From: Trueperaceae bacterium
Lineage (GTDB): Bacteria; Deinococcota; Deinococci; Deinococcales; Trueperaceae
Length of the DNA stretch: 64,000 nt
Assembly (NCBI GenBank): GCA_965213925.1
Contig: OZ243927.1
Span: 1,024,001 to 1,088,000 of the forward strand
Direction of reading: 5' to 3'
A program made the position numbers and the translations under genes. Shown in pieces: positions 37,735-46,730 of the stretch; positions within the stretch are counted from its first letter, which is position 1; every line of letters begins with the position of its first letter. The notes under the pieces are model-generated. The model had not been told where the DNA came from. It saw only the letters and a program-made list of their open reading frames with translations, and searched no databases.

Positions 37735-39897
37735 ATGGCGAACGCGGTCTACCAAGCGACCATAGAGCAGCTCGAGGGGGTTCTCTCCCCTCGAGTTGCT
37801 TCGCAGTCCCTCCAAGAGGGGCTTAAAAAACTTCAGAAAACGCCCGACACCGTCACGGCCGAAGATTTAGAAACGATTCTCAAAGCGCAGGTCTACCGCC
37901 GCTTACAGGTCACGCTGCCGCCCGAAAAGGCGAAAGAAGCGGTGCAGAGCCTCCTCGAAGGGTTGCAAAACGCGCCCACAGGAAGCGCGGCGGGACCGGC
38001 TATAGACTTAGAGGGACAAGCGAAGGACATCGAGGCGCTCAGGGACGCCCTCAAACCTTTTAACCTCTACTTCGAGTGGCCCGAAACGCAGAAACTCCGC
38101 GCCCAGTTGCAGCTTTTAGAGGCGGAGCAAGAGGCGGGGCGGGACGCGCACGAACTCGTTCACGAGGCGCGGGCGCAGCTCGGCGTGATGGAGCAGAAGC
38201 TCGAGGGGCAGCTCGTCACGCAAGCGAAAGAGTTGAGCGAGTTAAAGGAGGCGTTCAAGCAGGTGAAGTCCTTGGGCGGCTCTAAGGTGCGCCGCTTGGA
38301 GAACCTCATCGGGCAGATTGAGAGTGCCCAGGGCTCGCGTCAGAGTGCCCCCAGCGAAGTGGAGCGGGCACGTAAAATCGCCACTGATTTACGCAAGCTC
38401 GTCGCCTCTGCGGTACTCGAGCCCTCCGAAACGTCCTCGAGCGCGCAAGAGAGCCCGACCACCAACCCGACCGTCAATCCGACCTCTGTGCAAACCTCAA
38501 AGGTCAGCGAAGAACTCAAGCGCCTCGATCTCGACAACGATACGCGCGAATTAGAGCGCTTAGCGGGCGAATTCGCCAACCTCTTTCTCTTCGAGCCTGC
38601 GCTCGCTGAACACCTAGAGCGTGCCCGAGCGACGCTCGCCACGCAAACGCCGCTGGGCAACGGTCTCAATGACCTGCGCGAGACGCTCGTGCAGGCGCAA
38701 AGCGGGCTCCGCGACGCGCTCCGCACGGAACTCAGCGAGATTGCAGCCCACGTCAAGACGCTAGAGGACGCGGACACGCACGAGCTGAAAGTTGCCTTGC
38801 CGATCACGCTCAGCGTGTTGGAGACGACGCTGCCCGCTCGCGCCGACGTGCAGCGCGTCCGCGACCTCTACAGCTTGCTCACCGCAGAAGGAACCGAGGA
38901 TCCCGAAAGGGCGGCGCAGATCGCCGAGCTGCACCAGTTGGAGAGCGAAGCGGCGGCGTACTTGGAGCTTGACGACGACGCAGCTCTGCAGCTCGCGCTT
39001 CTCCTAGACGCCTCGCGCACGCAGCTCGAGGTGGGACGCGAAGCCGCCGACCTCTCACAGGCCTGGCCCCTCCTCAAAGAGGTGCGCGAGGTCATCGCGC
39101 AACGCGCCGCCACCTTCGAGCCGCGCTTAGACGCTGCGCTCGCCGCGTTTGGGCCCATCGCCAGCCTCAACACCGACGAAACACTGAATGTCAAAGGAAC
39201 GCTCTATCATCTGGACGCGCAGCGTGCGGCGTTCGGTCGCGTCGCGCCGAGGATGCAGGCGCAACTCATCGCCGCGCTGAGTGAAGCCGAAGCGACCTTG
39301 CAGGAACTGCAGAGCGTGTGGGAAGCGACCCGCGACGTAGCTGGACAACTCGTGAGCGGCAACATGTTCGACGACATCTTGGGTATTTTCGGCTCTGACG
39401 ACGAGCCTAGCCAAGAGGTCGCGGGTGAAGAAGCAAAAGCGGAAGCCGCTGACACGGAGGCACCAGCGGACACTACTGAAGACCTCGAGCTTGCGGACAT
39501 AGAGCTTATAGGCATAGAGCCGGGCGCGCAACTTCGCGACTGGCTGGAGCTTTACGCGCAGCTTCAGGGCGTGAGCGGCGCAGCTCTCTTTCTGCCGCAG
39601 GGACGAGTGATGGCGGGCGAGCCGGGCGCGTTCCCGCCGCCGTTTCACCGTGCTGTGCGGGCGCTGGAACGCGATATCAACAAGCTGGGCGACAGCTTAA
39701 AGGTCGGCAGAGCGAAGATTTACACGCTCGAGCTTCCTAGCCGCACCGTTGTCACGGCGTGGCCGAACGAACACGCCTACTTAGGGCTCGTCGTCTCCAC
39801 ACCTGCGATGGTGAACCCCACGCTCAAAAAGCTGCGTAGCGAACTGCCAGGTCTGCGCGACCTGTTACACTCGCTGCATGACGCTGCGCACGCTTGA
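37735..39897 (+). CDS. Large coiled-coil protein with a probable C-terminal Roadblock-like domain
   Basis: 720 aa, helical; FNLYFEWPE motif; C-terminal GVSGAALF..QGRV..G; overlaps tsaE. Confidence 0.75.
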   Translation: MANAVYQATIEQLEGVLSPRVASQSLQEGLKKLQKTPDTVTAEDLETILKAQVYRRLQVTLPPEKAKEAVQSLLEGLQNAPTGSAAGPAIDLEGQAKDIEALRDALKPFNLYFEWPETQKLRAQLQLLEAEQEAGRDAHELVHEARAQLGVMEQKLEGQLVTQAKELSELKEAFKQVKSLGGSKVRRLENLIGQIESAQGSRQSAPSEVERARKIATDLRKLVASAVLEPSETSSSAQESPTTNPTVNPTSVQTSKVSEELKRLDLDNDTRELERLAGEFANLFLFEPALAEHLERARATLATQTPLGNGLNDLRETLVQAQSGLRDALRTELSEIAAHVKTLEDADTHELKVALPITLSVLETTLPARADVQRVRDLYSLLTAEGTEDPERAAQIAELHQLESEAAAYLELDDDAALQLALLLDASRTQLEVGREAADLSQAWPLLKEVREVIAQRAATFEPRLDAALAAFGPIASLNTDETLNVKGTLYHLDAQRAAFGRVAPRMQAQLIAALSEAEATLQELQSVWEATRDVAGQLVSGNMFDDILGIFGSDDEPSQEVAGEEAKAEAADTEAPADTTEDLELADIELIGIEPGAQLRDWLELYAQLQGVSGAALFLPQGRVMAGEPGAFPPPFHRAVRALERDINKLGDSLKVGRAKIYTLELPSRTVVTAWPNEHAYLGLVVSTPAMVNPTLKKLRSELPGLRDLLHSLHDAAHA

Positions 39898-40315
39898 GGA
39901 GACCGACCAGCTCGCCCAGTCTCTTGTAGGGCTCGCGCCGCGCGGCACCCTGCTCATCCTTTCGGGGCCGCTCGGCGCGGGCAAGACGACGCTCGTCCAG
40001 GCGCTCGGGCGGCAGCTAGGCAGTCCCGCCCGCATTAGCAGCCCGACCTATACGCTCATTCATGAATATCCGAGTCCGGCAGGTCCGCTCGTCCATATCG
40101 ACGCCTACCGTTTGCCTAGCGCTGAGGTGCTCCTAGACCTCGGCTTAGAGGACTATTTAGAGCGCGCCCGCTTGGTCGCGGTCGAGTGGGGCGAAGGGCT
40201 GTTAAAGACGTTCCCTGACGCCCTCGAGGTCAGGCTCGAGCTAGGTGAAGAGGGCACGCGGCGTGCTACCGTCTTTAGAGAGGGTCAGTTCGCAGCGCTG
40301 CCGAATAAGACGTAA
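39878..40315 (+). CDS. tsaE: tRNA threonylcarbamoyladenosine biosynthesis ATPase
   Basis: GPLGAGKTT, SSPTYTL..EY, H.D.YRL, VEW. Confidence 0.96.
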   Translation: MTLRTLEETDQLAQSLVGLAPRGTLLILSGPLGAGKTTLVQALGRQLGSPARISSPTYTLIHEYPSPAGPLVHIDAYRLPSAEVLLDLGLEDYLERARLVAVEWGEGLLKTFPDALEVRLELGEEGTRRATVFREGQFAALPNKT

Positions 40316-40509
40316 GCTTAGGCTGACCACAATCCTCGCCGCGCGTTGAAACGAGCAGTTCCATAGTACATTGAGACAGATGGCCGCTTACGGAAGTTTT
40401 GGCAACGCCGAAGGCATCATCACCGAATGTGCACGATAGACGCCATTTCATAAAGCGAGAGCGTCTTTGACCAGATGATACCTGCTAAACCTATACGTTA
40501 AACTCGGGT

Positions 40510-41073
40510 GTGCGAGTGGTCCGCCCCATCTACTTAGGCATCGACAGCGCCAGCGCTTATCTCGCCCTCGCGCTCTGGTCGCCGGAGGGTGTCCTCGAGC
40601 GTTTTTGCGAGGAGGTCGGGCGAGACCACGCGGCGCGCACCTGCGCCGAACTGGGGGGGTTGCTAAAACGCGCTGACTTGCGCCGGAGCGACCTTGTGGG
40701 CGTCGGCGTTGGGACGGGTCCGGGGTCGTACACCGGGCTCAGGGTGGGCGTGGCGACGGCGAAGGGAATCGCGCAAGGCTTGGGTATCCCGTTGAGGGGT
40801 GAAAGCACGCTCGCGGCGATGGCAGCCGCAGCTTTGACGGAGGCGACGCCTAAAGGTGTCGTCGCGCTGGACGCGCGGCGCGGCAACGTCTACGCGGGCG
40901 TGTTCGAGCGCGTCGGGAACACGCTTCATTACGGTGAGATTGAGAAAGTATCCAGAGACGACCTGAGCGCCCGCTACCCTGAGCTGCCGCGCTTCGAAGT
41001 CGCGCCCGACGCGGCGTATCTGGCGCGCCGCGCGTCGGAAGGCGCGAGTAGCGTGGTGCCGCTCTACCTCTAG
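40510..41073 (+). CDS. tsaB: tRNA threonylcarbamoyladenosine biosynthesis protein
   Basis: LGIDS, GPGSYTGLRVG, DARRG.VY, P.YL. Confidence 0.95.
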   Translation: MRVVRPIYLGIDSASAYLALALWSPEGVLERFCEEVGRDHAARTCAELGGLLKRADLRRSDLVGVGVGTGPGSYTGLRVGVATAKGIAQGLGIPLRGESTLAAMAAAALTEATPKGVVALDARRGNVYAGVFERVGNTLHYGEIEKVSRDDLSARYPELPRFEVAPDAAYLARRASEGASSVVPLYL

Positions 41074-41255
41074 CAACTAATCCATTTAGCCTTGACTCTG
41101 TTGAGCAGGGTGTTCGGGGAAACGGTCAGGACTATCCAAAATGAACCGGCGCAGACGGTATACTCGAGCTACTGTGAATAAACTTATCAACTCGCTTTTA
41201 GACCATCCTTTATCCCTTTCAAGCGCTAGAACGACGCCCGAACGAATGCACCCCG

Positions 41256-42245
41256 ATGTTTAAGCGTCGCGCCTGTGTAGATTTAGGCGCGACCGCTACG
41301 CGCATCTTCGTGAGCGGGCGGGGGGTCGTTTTGCGTGAGCCTTCTGTGGTCGCGCTCGACCGGGAGACGAACGAGGTCGTGGCGGTGGGGCAAAATGTAG
41401 CGCAGTTAGAAGAATCTGCGTCGCTCACAACGGTTACTGTGCGCCCCCTGCGTGACGGTATGGTCTCGGACGACGGTCTTGCCGGGACGCTGCTCACGGC
41501 GTTCCTGCGCCGCGCCAAGCTCGGCTCGGATGTAGCGCGGCTCATTATATGCACGCCTACGGCGGTGGCTGAGGCTGAAACGCACGCGGTGTTAAATGTT
41601 GTGCGCGAAGTGGCGCGTGAGACGCTCGTGCTCGAGCCACCCTTAGCTGCAGCGCTTGGCGCAGGTTTGAGCGCGAACGACGCGGGTAAGGTGGTCGTCG
41701 ATATCGGGGGTGGCACCACCGACATCGCCCTGATCAGCCGTCAAGCGGTCTTCGCGGCGGAATCGCTGCGCGCCGCAGGCGACGAGTTCGACGAGGCGAT
41801 CGTGCGTCTGATGCGTCAGAAGGGTGTGCTGATCGGCGGCTGGACGGCTGAAGAGGTCAAGCTCGAGCTAGGAGCCGCTTTGCTACCTTCTGCCGAAGCG
41901 GGGCAGCCTCGAGCCGTACGTGGACGTGACATAAGTACAGGTACGCCTAAAACTATCTCTGTGCGCACCGAAGAGGTCGTCGAGGCGCTGCAAGGTCCGC
42001 TGCGCAGCGTCGCTAGAGGGGTGCACAAGGTGCTCGAGGCCGCGCCCCCCGACCTCGCCGCCTATGTCGTCGATAACGGCGTCGTGCTGACGGGCGGCGG
42101 GGCGCTCCTGCCTTACCTGGACACCTTCTTACAGCAGCAGATAGGTATCCCGGTCGCCCTGGCCGAACACCCCGCCGACTGCACGATCCTCGGGTTGGGC
42201 CGCGCGTTAGACCTGCCCGACTTGCACGTTAGCCGCACCCCTTAA
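41256..42245 (+). CDS. MreB-like actin-fold protein (divergent paralog)
   Basis: DLG, EPSVVA, RPLRDG, DIGGGTTD, AGD.FD, AE.VK, GRD..TG.P, LTGGG; no adjacent mreC/mreD. Confidence 0.88.
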   Translation: MFKRRACVDLGATATRIFVSGRGVVLREPSVVALDRETNEVVAVGQNVAQLEESASLTTVTVRPLRDGMVSDDGLAGTLLTAFLRRAKLGSDVARLIICTPTAVAEAETHAVLNVVREVARETLVLEPPLAAALGAGLSANDAGKVVVDIGGGTTDIALISRQAVFAAESLRAAGDEFDEAIVRLMRQKGVLIGGWTAEEVKLELGAALLPSAEAGQPRAVRGRDISTGTPKTISVRTEEVVEALQGPLRSVARGVHKVLEAAPPDLAAYVVDNGVVLTGGGALLPYLDTFLQQQIGIPVALAEHPADCTILGLGRALDLPDLHVSRTP

Positions 42246-42260
42246 ATCCGCGCCTCCGAG

Positions 42261-44639
42261 TTAAGGCGTGGGCGCGCCCTCCAGTGCCCACTGCGCGTAA
42301 GCGTCCACGAAGCTCACGCTGAGGTCCTCGTCGCCCTGCTGCTCGAGCAAAAAGGCGAGGAAGTCGCGGATGTCTTGCGCGTCACTCTCGTTGAAAAGCG
42401 CGTCGCCGCTCAGCCCTTCGAAGCGGCCCGTGGTGATTTCGGGCAGGGCGTCCTGCGCGGCTTCGGCGTTGTCTCTAAGCTCACCCAAAAGCCTCTGCGT
42501 CAGCACGTCGTTGCCTAGCGCTAAGTTTTGCTCGTTATAGAGCGGCCTATTCGAGGCGAGCCCGCGCAGCGTGACGCCGCGGCTGATGAGTTGGCGCGCG
42601 AGGGAGGGTTCGCCCGTCACTTCTAAAGGTAGGGTGGCGCTGGCGCGCCGCTCGCGGCTGGCGCTCAGGATGACCTCGAGTTCGTAGCTGCCCGGCTCCA
42701 GACTCGTCGGCAGCGTGAAGCCGATGTCGTCGATCTGCAGGGCGACGGCGTTGCCGGGAACGGGAAAACTTTCCTCATAGGTCGCGCCGTCGACGGTGCC
42801 TTGCGTGTCTACCAGCCTATAGATGAGCGTGACCTCTTGCGGCAACTCGGCACCGGGCGTGAAGATTTCGAAGTCGGGGAAGAGGCGGTCGCCGGGTCTA
42901 AAGGTCTCCGCGCGGAGGTTGCGCGGTCCTAAGCTGAGCCGCGCGTTGTCGCCGATCTCTAGGGGTGCGGGGGGCGCGCGGAGCACCGCCAAACGCTCCT
43001 CGGCCTGCCGGATGAAGCGCGGCGCGTTTTCCGAGCGCTCCAGATAGCGCTCGAACTGCGTGATCGCGTCGTTCCCTCGGTCCTCCGCTTCGTAGAGCGT
43101 AGCGAGCGCGAAGTGAACGCCGGTCTGATCGGGATATAGCGCCAGGGCGTCTTCCAAATCCTCGATCGCCGCGTCGTCCACGTCGGGGTCGCGCGCTAGC
43201 GCTTCGGCGTAGGCGTCCATCGCCTCCTCCAAGCGCCCCGTCACGGCGCGGGTCAGCCCCAAGTTGTACCAGGCAATGAACTCGTCGGAGTTCAGCTCTA
43301 GGGCTTGCAGCGAGGCGTCCTCGCTCGCGTCTAAGCGTCCGAGTAGGTAATACGCCCAGCCCAGGTTCGTCCAGTAGAGGTCGCTCTCGGGCTCGAGCCT
43401 CGTCGCCACCGCCAAAGCCTGCGCCGCGTCGAGCGGTCTGTCCTCGTCGAAGGCGATCTGCGACAGGCGCTCGAACGAGTAGGGCAAGTTGGGCGCGACG
43501 CGGCTGAGCTGTGTGGCGAGTTCGACCTCCAAGTCCGCGTCGCCTAGCTGCTGCGCGGCGAGCATCGCGCCTAGGAGTGCGCCGCGCGACGCGCTCTGCG
43601 CGACGCGCTCCAAGTCGGACGTGATATCGGCGGAGAAGGTTTGCGATTCCTCGTCCGGGTTCTGGCTTAGGGCGTTGAAAAGCGCGCGCGCCGCGCGTCC
43701 GTAAGGGTCGCTCGCCGCCGCGTCGAACGCCGCCGCCGCCGCGTCAGTGTTGTCCGCGTTCGCCTGCAAGAGCCCCAGCCATATTTGATACGCCGGGAGG
43801 TCCGTCTGCTCGCTCAGCGTCCCGAAGATACGCCGCGCCGCCGCCTCGTCGGTGGGCTGAGCGCTTAGTGCTAAAGTTGCCGCGAGAGGTAGGTCGTCTA
43901 TAGCAGCGAATTCGTTCGCCGAAGCCGCCTCGACCGCCGTCAGGAGCTGCTGGTAGCGTTCATTCCCTTCATCTCTTCTGAGCGCGCGCTCCAAGGCGGT
44001 TTGCGCCTCCTGCACCAAGCCGCCGCTCAGCAGCGCGAGCGCTTCGATATAGTCACCGTACGCGGTATCGAGGTTGATCGCGCCGACAGCTTGTTCGCCT
44101 CTATTCTCCTCTTCGTCGGCATCACCTAGAAGCCGCTGGTTCACAACCGCAAGCATCGTCTCGGCGAGTTGTTCGGGTCTCCCTTCGGGTGCGGACGCAG
44201 AGAAGGTCTGTAGACCTCTTGGGGTCGCTAAGTGAAAGGTCAGCTCGAGCCTCCCCTCCACGAACTCGATGCGCCCTGTTAGCGCCGCGTCCACCCCGAG
44301 CGCGTCGCGTAGCAGCGCCGCCGCCGTGCGGCTGCTCGTGCTCTGGCTCTCGCCGAGAAAGATGAGCGGGTTCAAAAAGCCGTTCTGCACGGCGTAAGGC
44401 GGTACGAGCGCCAGCGCGACCTCCGGCCCCAAAACAGTTGTGGGTGCCGCCGCGTCTTCGACCGCCGCCGCGACGCGCTCGGCGACCGCGACGCCTAGGA
44501 GCCCTTCTTGGCTCTCGAGGGGAAAAACAGCTAAGCTCGTATCCGTCTGCGCTGCGGCGGTACCACAAGAGAGGCAGAGCAGCAGCAGGGCGAGCGTCCG
44601 CAAGAGGTAGGTTCGGAGGGGGGTGGGGTCAATCTTCAC
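42261..44639 (-). CDS. Exported tetratricopeptide-repeat protein
   Basis: Signal peptide ending AAA|Q; TPRs YWTNLGWAYYLLG and AWYNLGL. Start placed at GTG 44639. Confidence 0.85.
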   Translation of the reverse strand: MKIDPTPLRTYLLRTLALLLLCLSCGTAAAQTDTSLAVFPLESQEGLLGVAVAERVAAAVEDAAAPTTVLGPEVALALVPPYAVQNGFLNPLIFLGESQSTSSRTAAALLRDALGVDAALTGRIEFVEGRLELTFHLATPRGLQTFSASAPEGRPEQLAETMLAVVNQRLLGDADEEENRGEQAVGAINLDTAYGDYIEALALLSGGLVQEAQTALERALRRDEGNERYQQLLTAVEAASANEFAAIDDLPLAATLALSAQPTDEAAARRIFGTLSEQTDLPAYQIWLGLLQANADNTDAAAAAFDAAASDPYGRAARALFNALSQNPDEESQTFSADITSDLERVAQSASRGALLGAMLAAQQLGDADLEVELATQLSRVAPNLPYSFERLSQIAFDEDRPLDAAQALAVATRLEPESDLYWTNLGWAYYLLGRLDASEDASLQALELNSDEFIAWYNLGLTRAVTGRLEEAMDAYAEALARDPDVDDAAIEDLEDALALYPDQTGVHFALATLYEAEDRGNDAITQFERYLERSENAPRFIRQAEERLAVLRAPPAPLEIGDNARLSLGPRNLRAETFRPGDRLFPDFEIFTPGAELPQEVTLIYRLVDTQGTVDGATYEESFPVPGNAVALQIDDIGFTLPTSLEPGSYELEVILSASRERRASATLPLEVTGEPSLARQLISRGVTLRGLASNRPLYNEQNLALGNDVLTQRLLGELRDNAEAAQDALPEITTGRFEGLSGDALFNESDAQDIRDFLAFLLEQQGDEDLSVSFVDAYAQWALEGAPTP

Positions 44640-44941
44640 GGCATCGTACCTTTCATCCTTAATGGGTGTTGCAAAAGGGCTCGTTGCGAGGATCGGAAAA
44701 GCGGATTTGGAGGGAACCGGTATAGGTTTGTTTTTGCGAGTATTCTGTATCAAAACTCCGTGCGGTTGGCGGCTTTCACGTCACCTTACTACGCTCCGCC
44801 GCCAAGGTAGACAGCTTGGTGAGTCGCCGCTCGCGCAACCTCACTCTCTTTCCCACGCTATCACGCAGCAGGCGAGAAGGCGTCAGCACACCACTGTAAC
44901 GCTACTATAATGTGAAACATTTCATCCGACCGCACTCGACC

Positions 44942-46621
44942 TCACGGACTGCGCGTGATGGGCTCGCCGTAGCGCAAGCCGTCAAGCGTCAGCGTGAAGG
45001 TGACGGGTCCGGGCTCCGCGGTCTGCCACGACCCTTCGATGCGTTCGCCGCCGCGTATGCGCTGCGCTGCGATAAGTTCCGGTTCGCCCGAGAGGGTTGT
45101 GACGGTGACTTGAGCCGTTTGCTCAGGGATGCCCGCTTGAATGTCCCATCTGTAGGAGACGCGGCGCGGCTCGCCCGGACGCACCTCGGCGGTCACGTTG
45201 GGCGTCGGGAGGGGCGCGGGCGGGCGGTTCACAGTCAAGGTGACGCTTTGGCTCGTCGCGGCTGCGCCCGGCGCGGGGTCCTGCGTAACGACGCCCGAGG
45301 GCAAGCGAGCGGAGCTTATCTCCCTGGCGTTTTGCACGCGCAACCGCTCGCGCTGCGCCAGGCGGCGGGCGTCGTCCAGCGTCATCCCGACGAAGTTGGG
45401 CACGCCCGAGGTACCGCCGGGAGGTGAGGTATTTTGGGCGGTGCCGCTTGTCACGCTCAGGCGGAGCGCCGTTGCGTCCCGGGCGATGAGCTGGTTCGGC
45501 GCGATATTCTGTGCGACGACGACGTCCGCGCGTTGCCCCGTGCCGGTGACGCGCTCGATTGTCGGCGGCGCGAGCCCCGCCGCGCGGACGAGCGCGTTGG
45601 CGTCGGCTAAAGCCATGCCTGTCAAGTCGGGCAAGAAGGTCAGGTCGCCCTGCGGCCCTTCGCTGACGAGTAGATGCACGGCGCTCCCGGTGGGCGCTTG
45701 ACCCTCCCAAGATTGCGCGACGACCTCGCCGCTCGGCACCTCGCTGTGGACGCGCGAGAGGTCGCCTAGCTCGAGCCCCGCCGCCACGAGCCGCCGCTCC
45801 GCCTCGCCTACCGAAAGACCGCTGAGGTCGGGCACGTCGGTCGGTGCGAGTTGCCCGGGTGGGAGCGCGTAGCGCAGATGCACGGTGCGCCCCGGTCTGA
45901 GCTGGGTACCCGGCGGCGGCTCGCTGCTCAAGACTTGACCGGTGCGCTCATCCGAGGAAACCGGGCTCGAGCTTGTGCCGAGCCCGGACGCTTGCAAGAC
46001 GCTGAGCGCCTCCTCGACCTCTTGTCCGCGCAGATTCGGCACGACGACGAAGGCACGCTCGAGCGGGCGGTAGAGGCTTACCGCGAGCAGGACTACGCCC
46101 AAGAGGGCGAGGAGCGCGCCGGGTAGCCAGGGGATAAGCCAGGGTGCTAGGGCGCGTCCCCGTCTCTCTTCAGGTGGTGTCGTCGCGACGGGCTGCGCGG
46201 TGCGCGCGGAGGGCGTTGCGCTTCGTAACGGGTTCAGTTCGGCGCGTCCGAAGGCGAGTCCGTAGACCTTATGCGCGCCATTTTTATCCGCGCAGACGTG
46301 GGCGTCCTCTGACGACCAGCCGTGGGACTCGAGCAGGTGCGCGACGTCCTCGCTCGGCTCGCCGCCGCAATCGCCGGGTGGCACGTACCACGCGACGTAG
46401 TGCGCCCCCGGTCTCGAGACGAGGTCGTAGATCGCGGCGACCTCTTCACGTTTGAGTTTGCGCAAGAGCTTGCGGTAGCGCTCAAACGCCGCCTCTTCTG
46501 CCGCCTCTAGGTCGTACCAAGCGACGCGCACCGCCGCGCCGCTTGGAGCCGTCGCGTCGAAGAGCGTGCTGCGCGGTCCGAGCGGACGTTGGGAGATGAT
46601 TTCGTATTTGCCGTCTAACAT
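44942..46621 (-). CDS. Membrane protein with multiple PASTA domains and a degenerate kinase-like N-terminus
   Basis: VPNLRG, VPDLSG, LPDLTG, VPNFVG repeats after a TM; N-terminus LDGKYEII. Confidence 0.88.
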   Translation of the reverse strand: MLDGKYEIISQRPLGPRSTLFDATAPSGAAVRVAWYDLEAAEEAAFERYRKLLRKLKREEVAAIYDLVSRPGAHYVAWYVPPGDCGGEPSEDVAHLLESHGWSSEDAHVCADKNGAHKVYGLAFGRAELNPLRSATPSARTAQPVATTPPEERRGRALAPWLIPWLPGALLALLGVVLLAVSLYRPLERAFVVVPNLRGQEVEEALSVLQASGLGTSSSPVSSDERTGQVLSSEPPPGTQLRPGRTVHLRYALPPGQLAPTDVPDLSGLSVGEAERRLVAAGLELGDLSRVHSEVPSGEVVAQSWEGQAPTGSAVHLLVSEGPQGDLTFLPDLTGMALADANALVRAAGLAPPTIERVTGTGQRADVVVAQNIAPNQLIARDATALRLSVTSGTAQNTSPPGGTSGVPNFVGMTLDDARRLAQRERLRVQNAREISSARLPSGVVTQDPAPGAAATSQSVTLTVNRPPAPLPTPNVTAEVRPGEPRRVSYRWDIQAGIPEQTAQVTVTTLSGEPELIAAQRIRGGERIEGSWQTAEPGPVTFTLTLDGLRYGEPITRSP

Positions 46622-46730
46622 AATTGGAAGTGCGCCTACGCGCTCGCCTTAACATGATAACGTGGCGGTGCATCCCAACGTGAAAGAGCGCGGCACGCGC
46701 CGCGCTCTTAGTCAAGTATGTGAATTGAAG

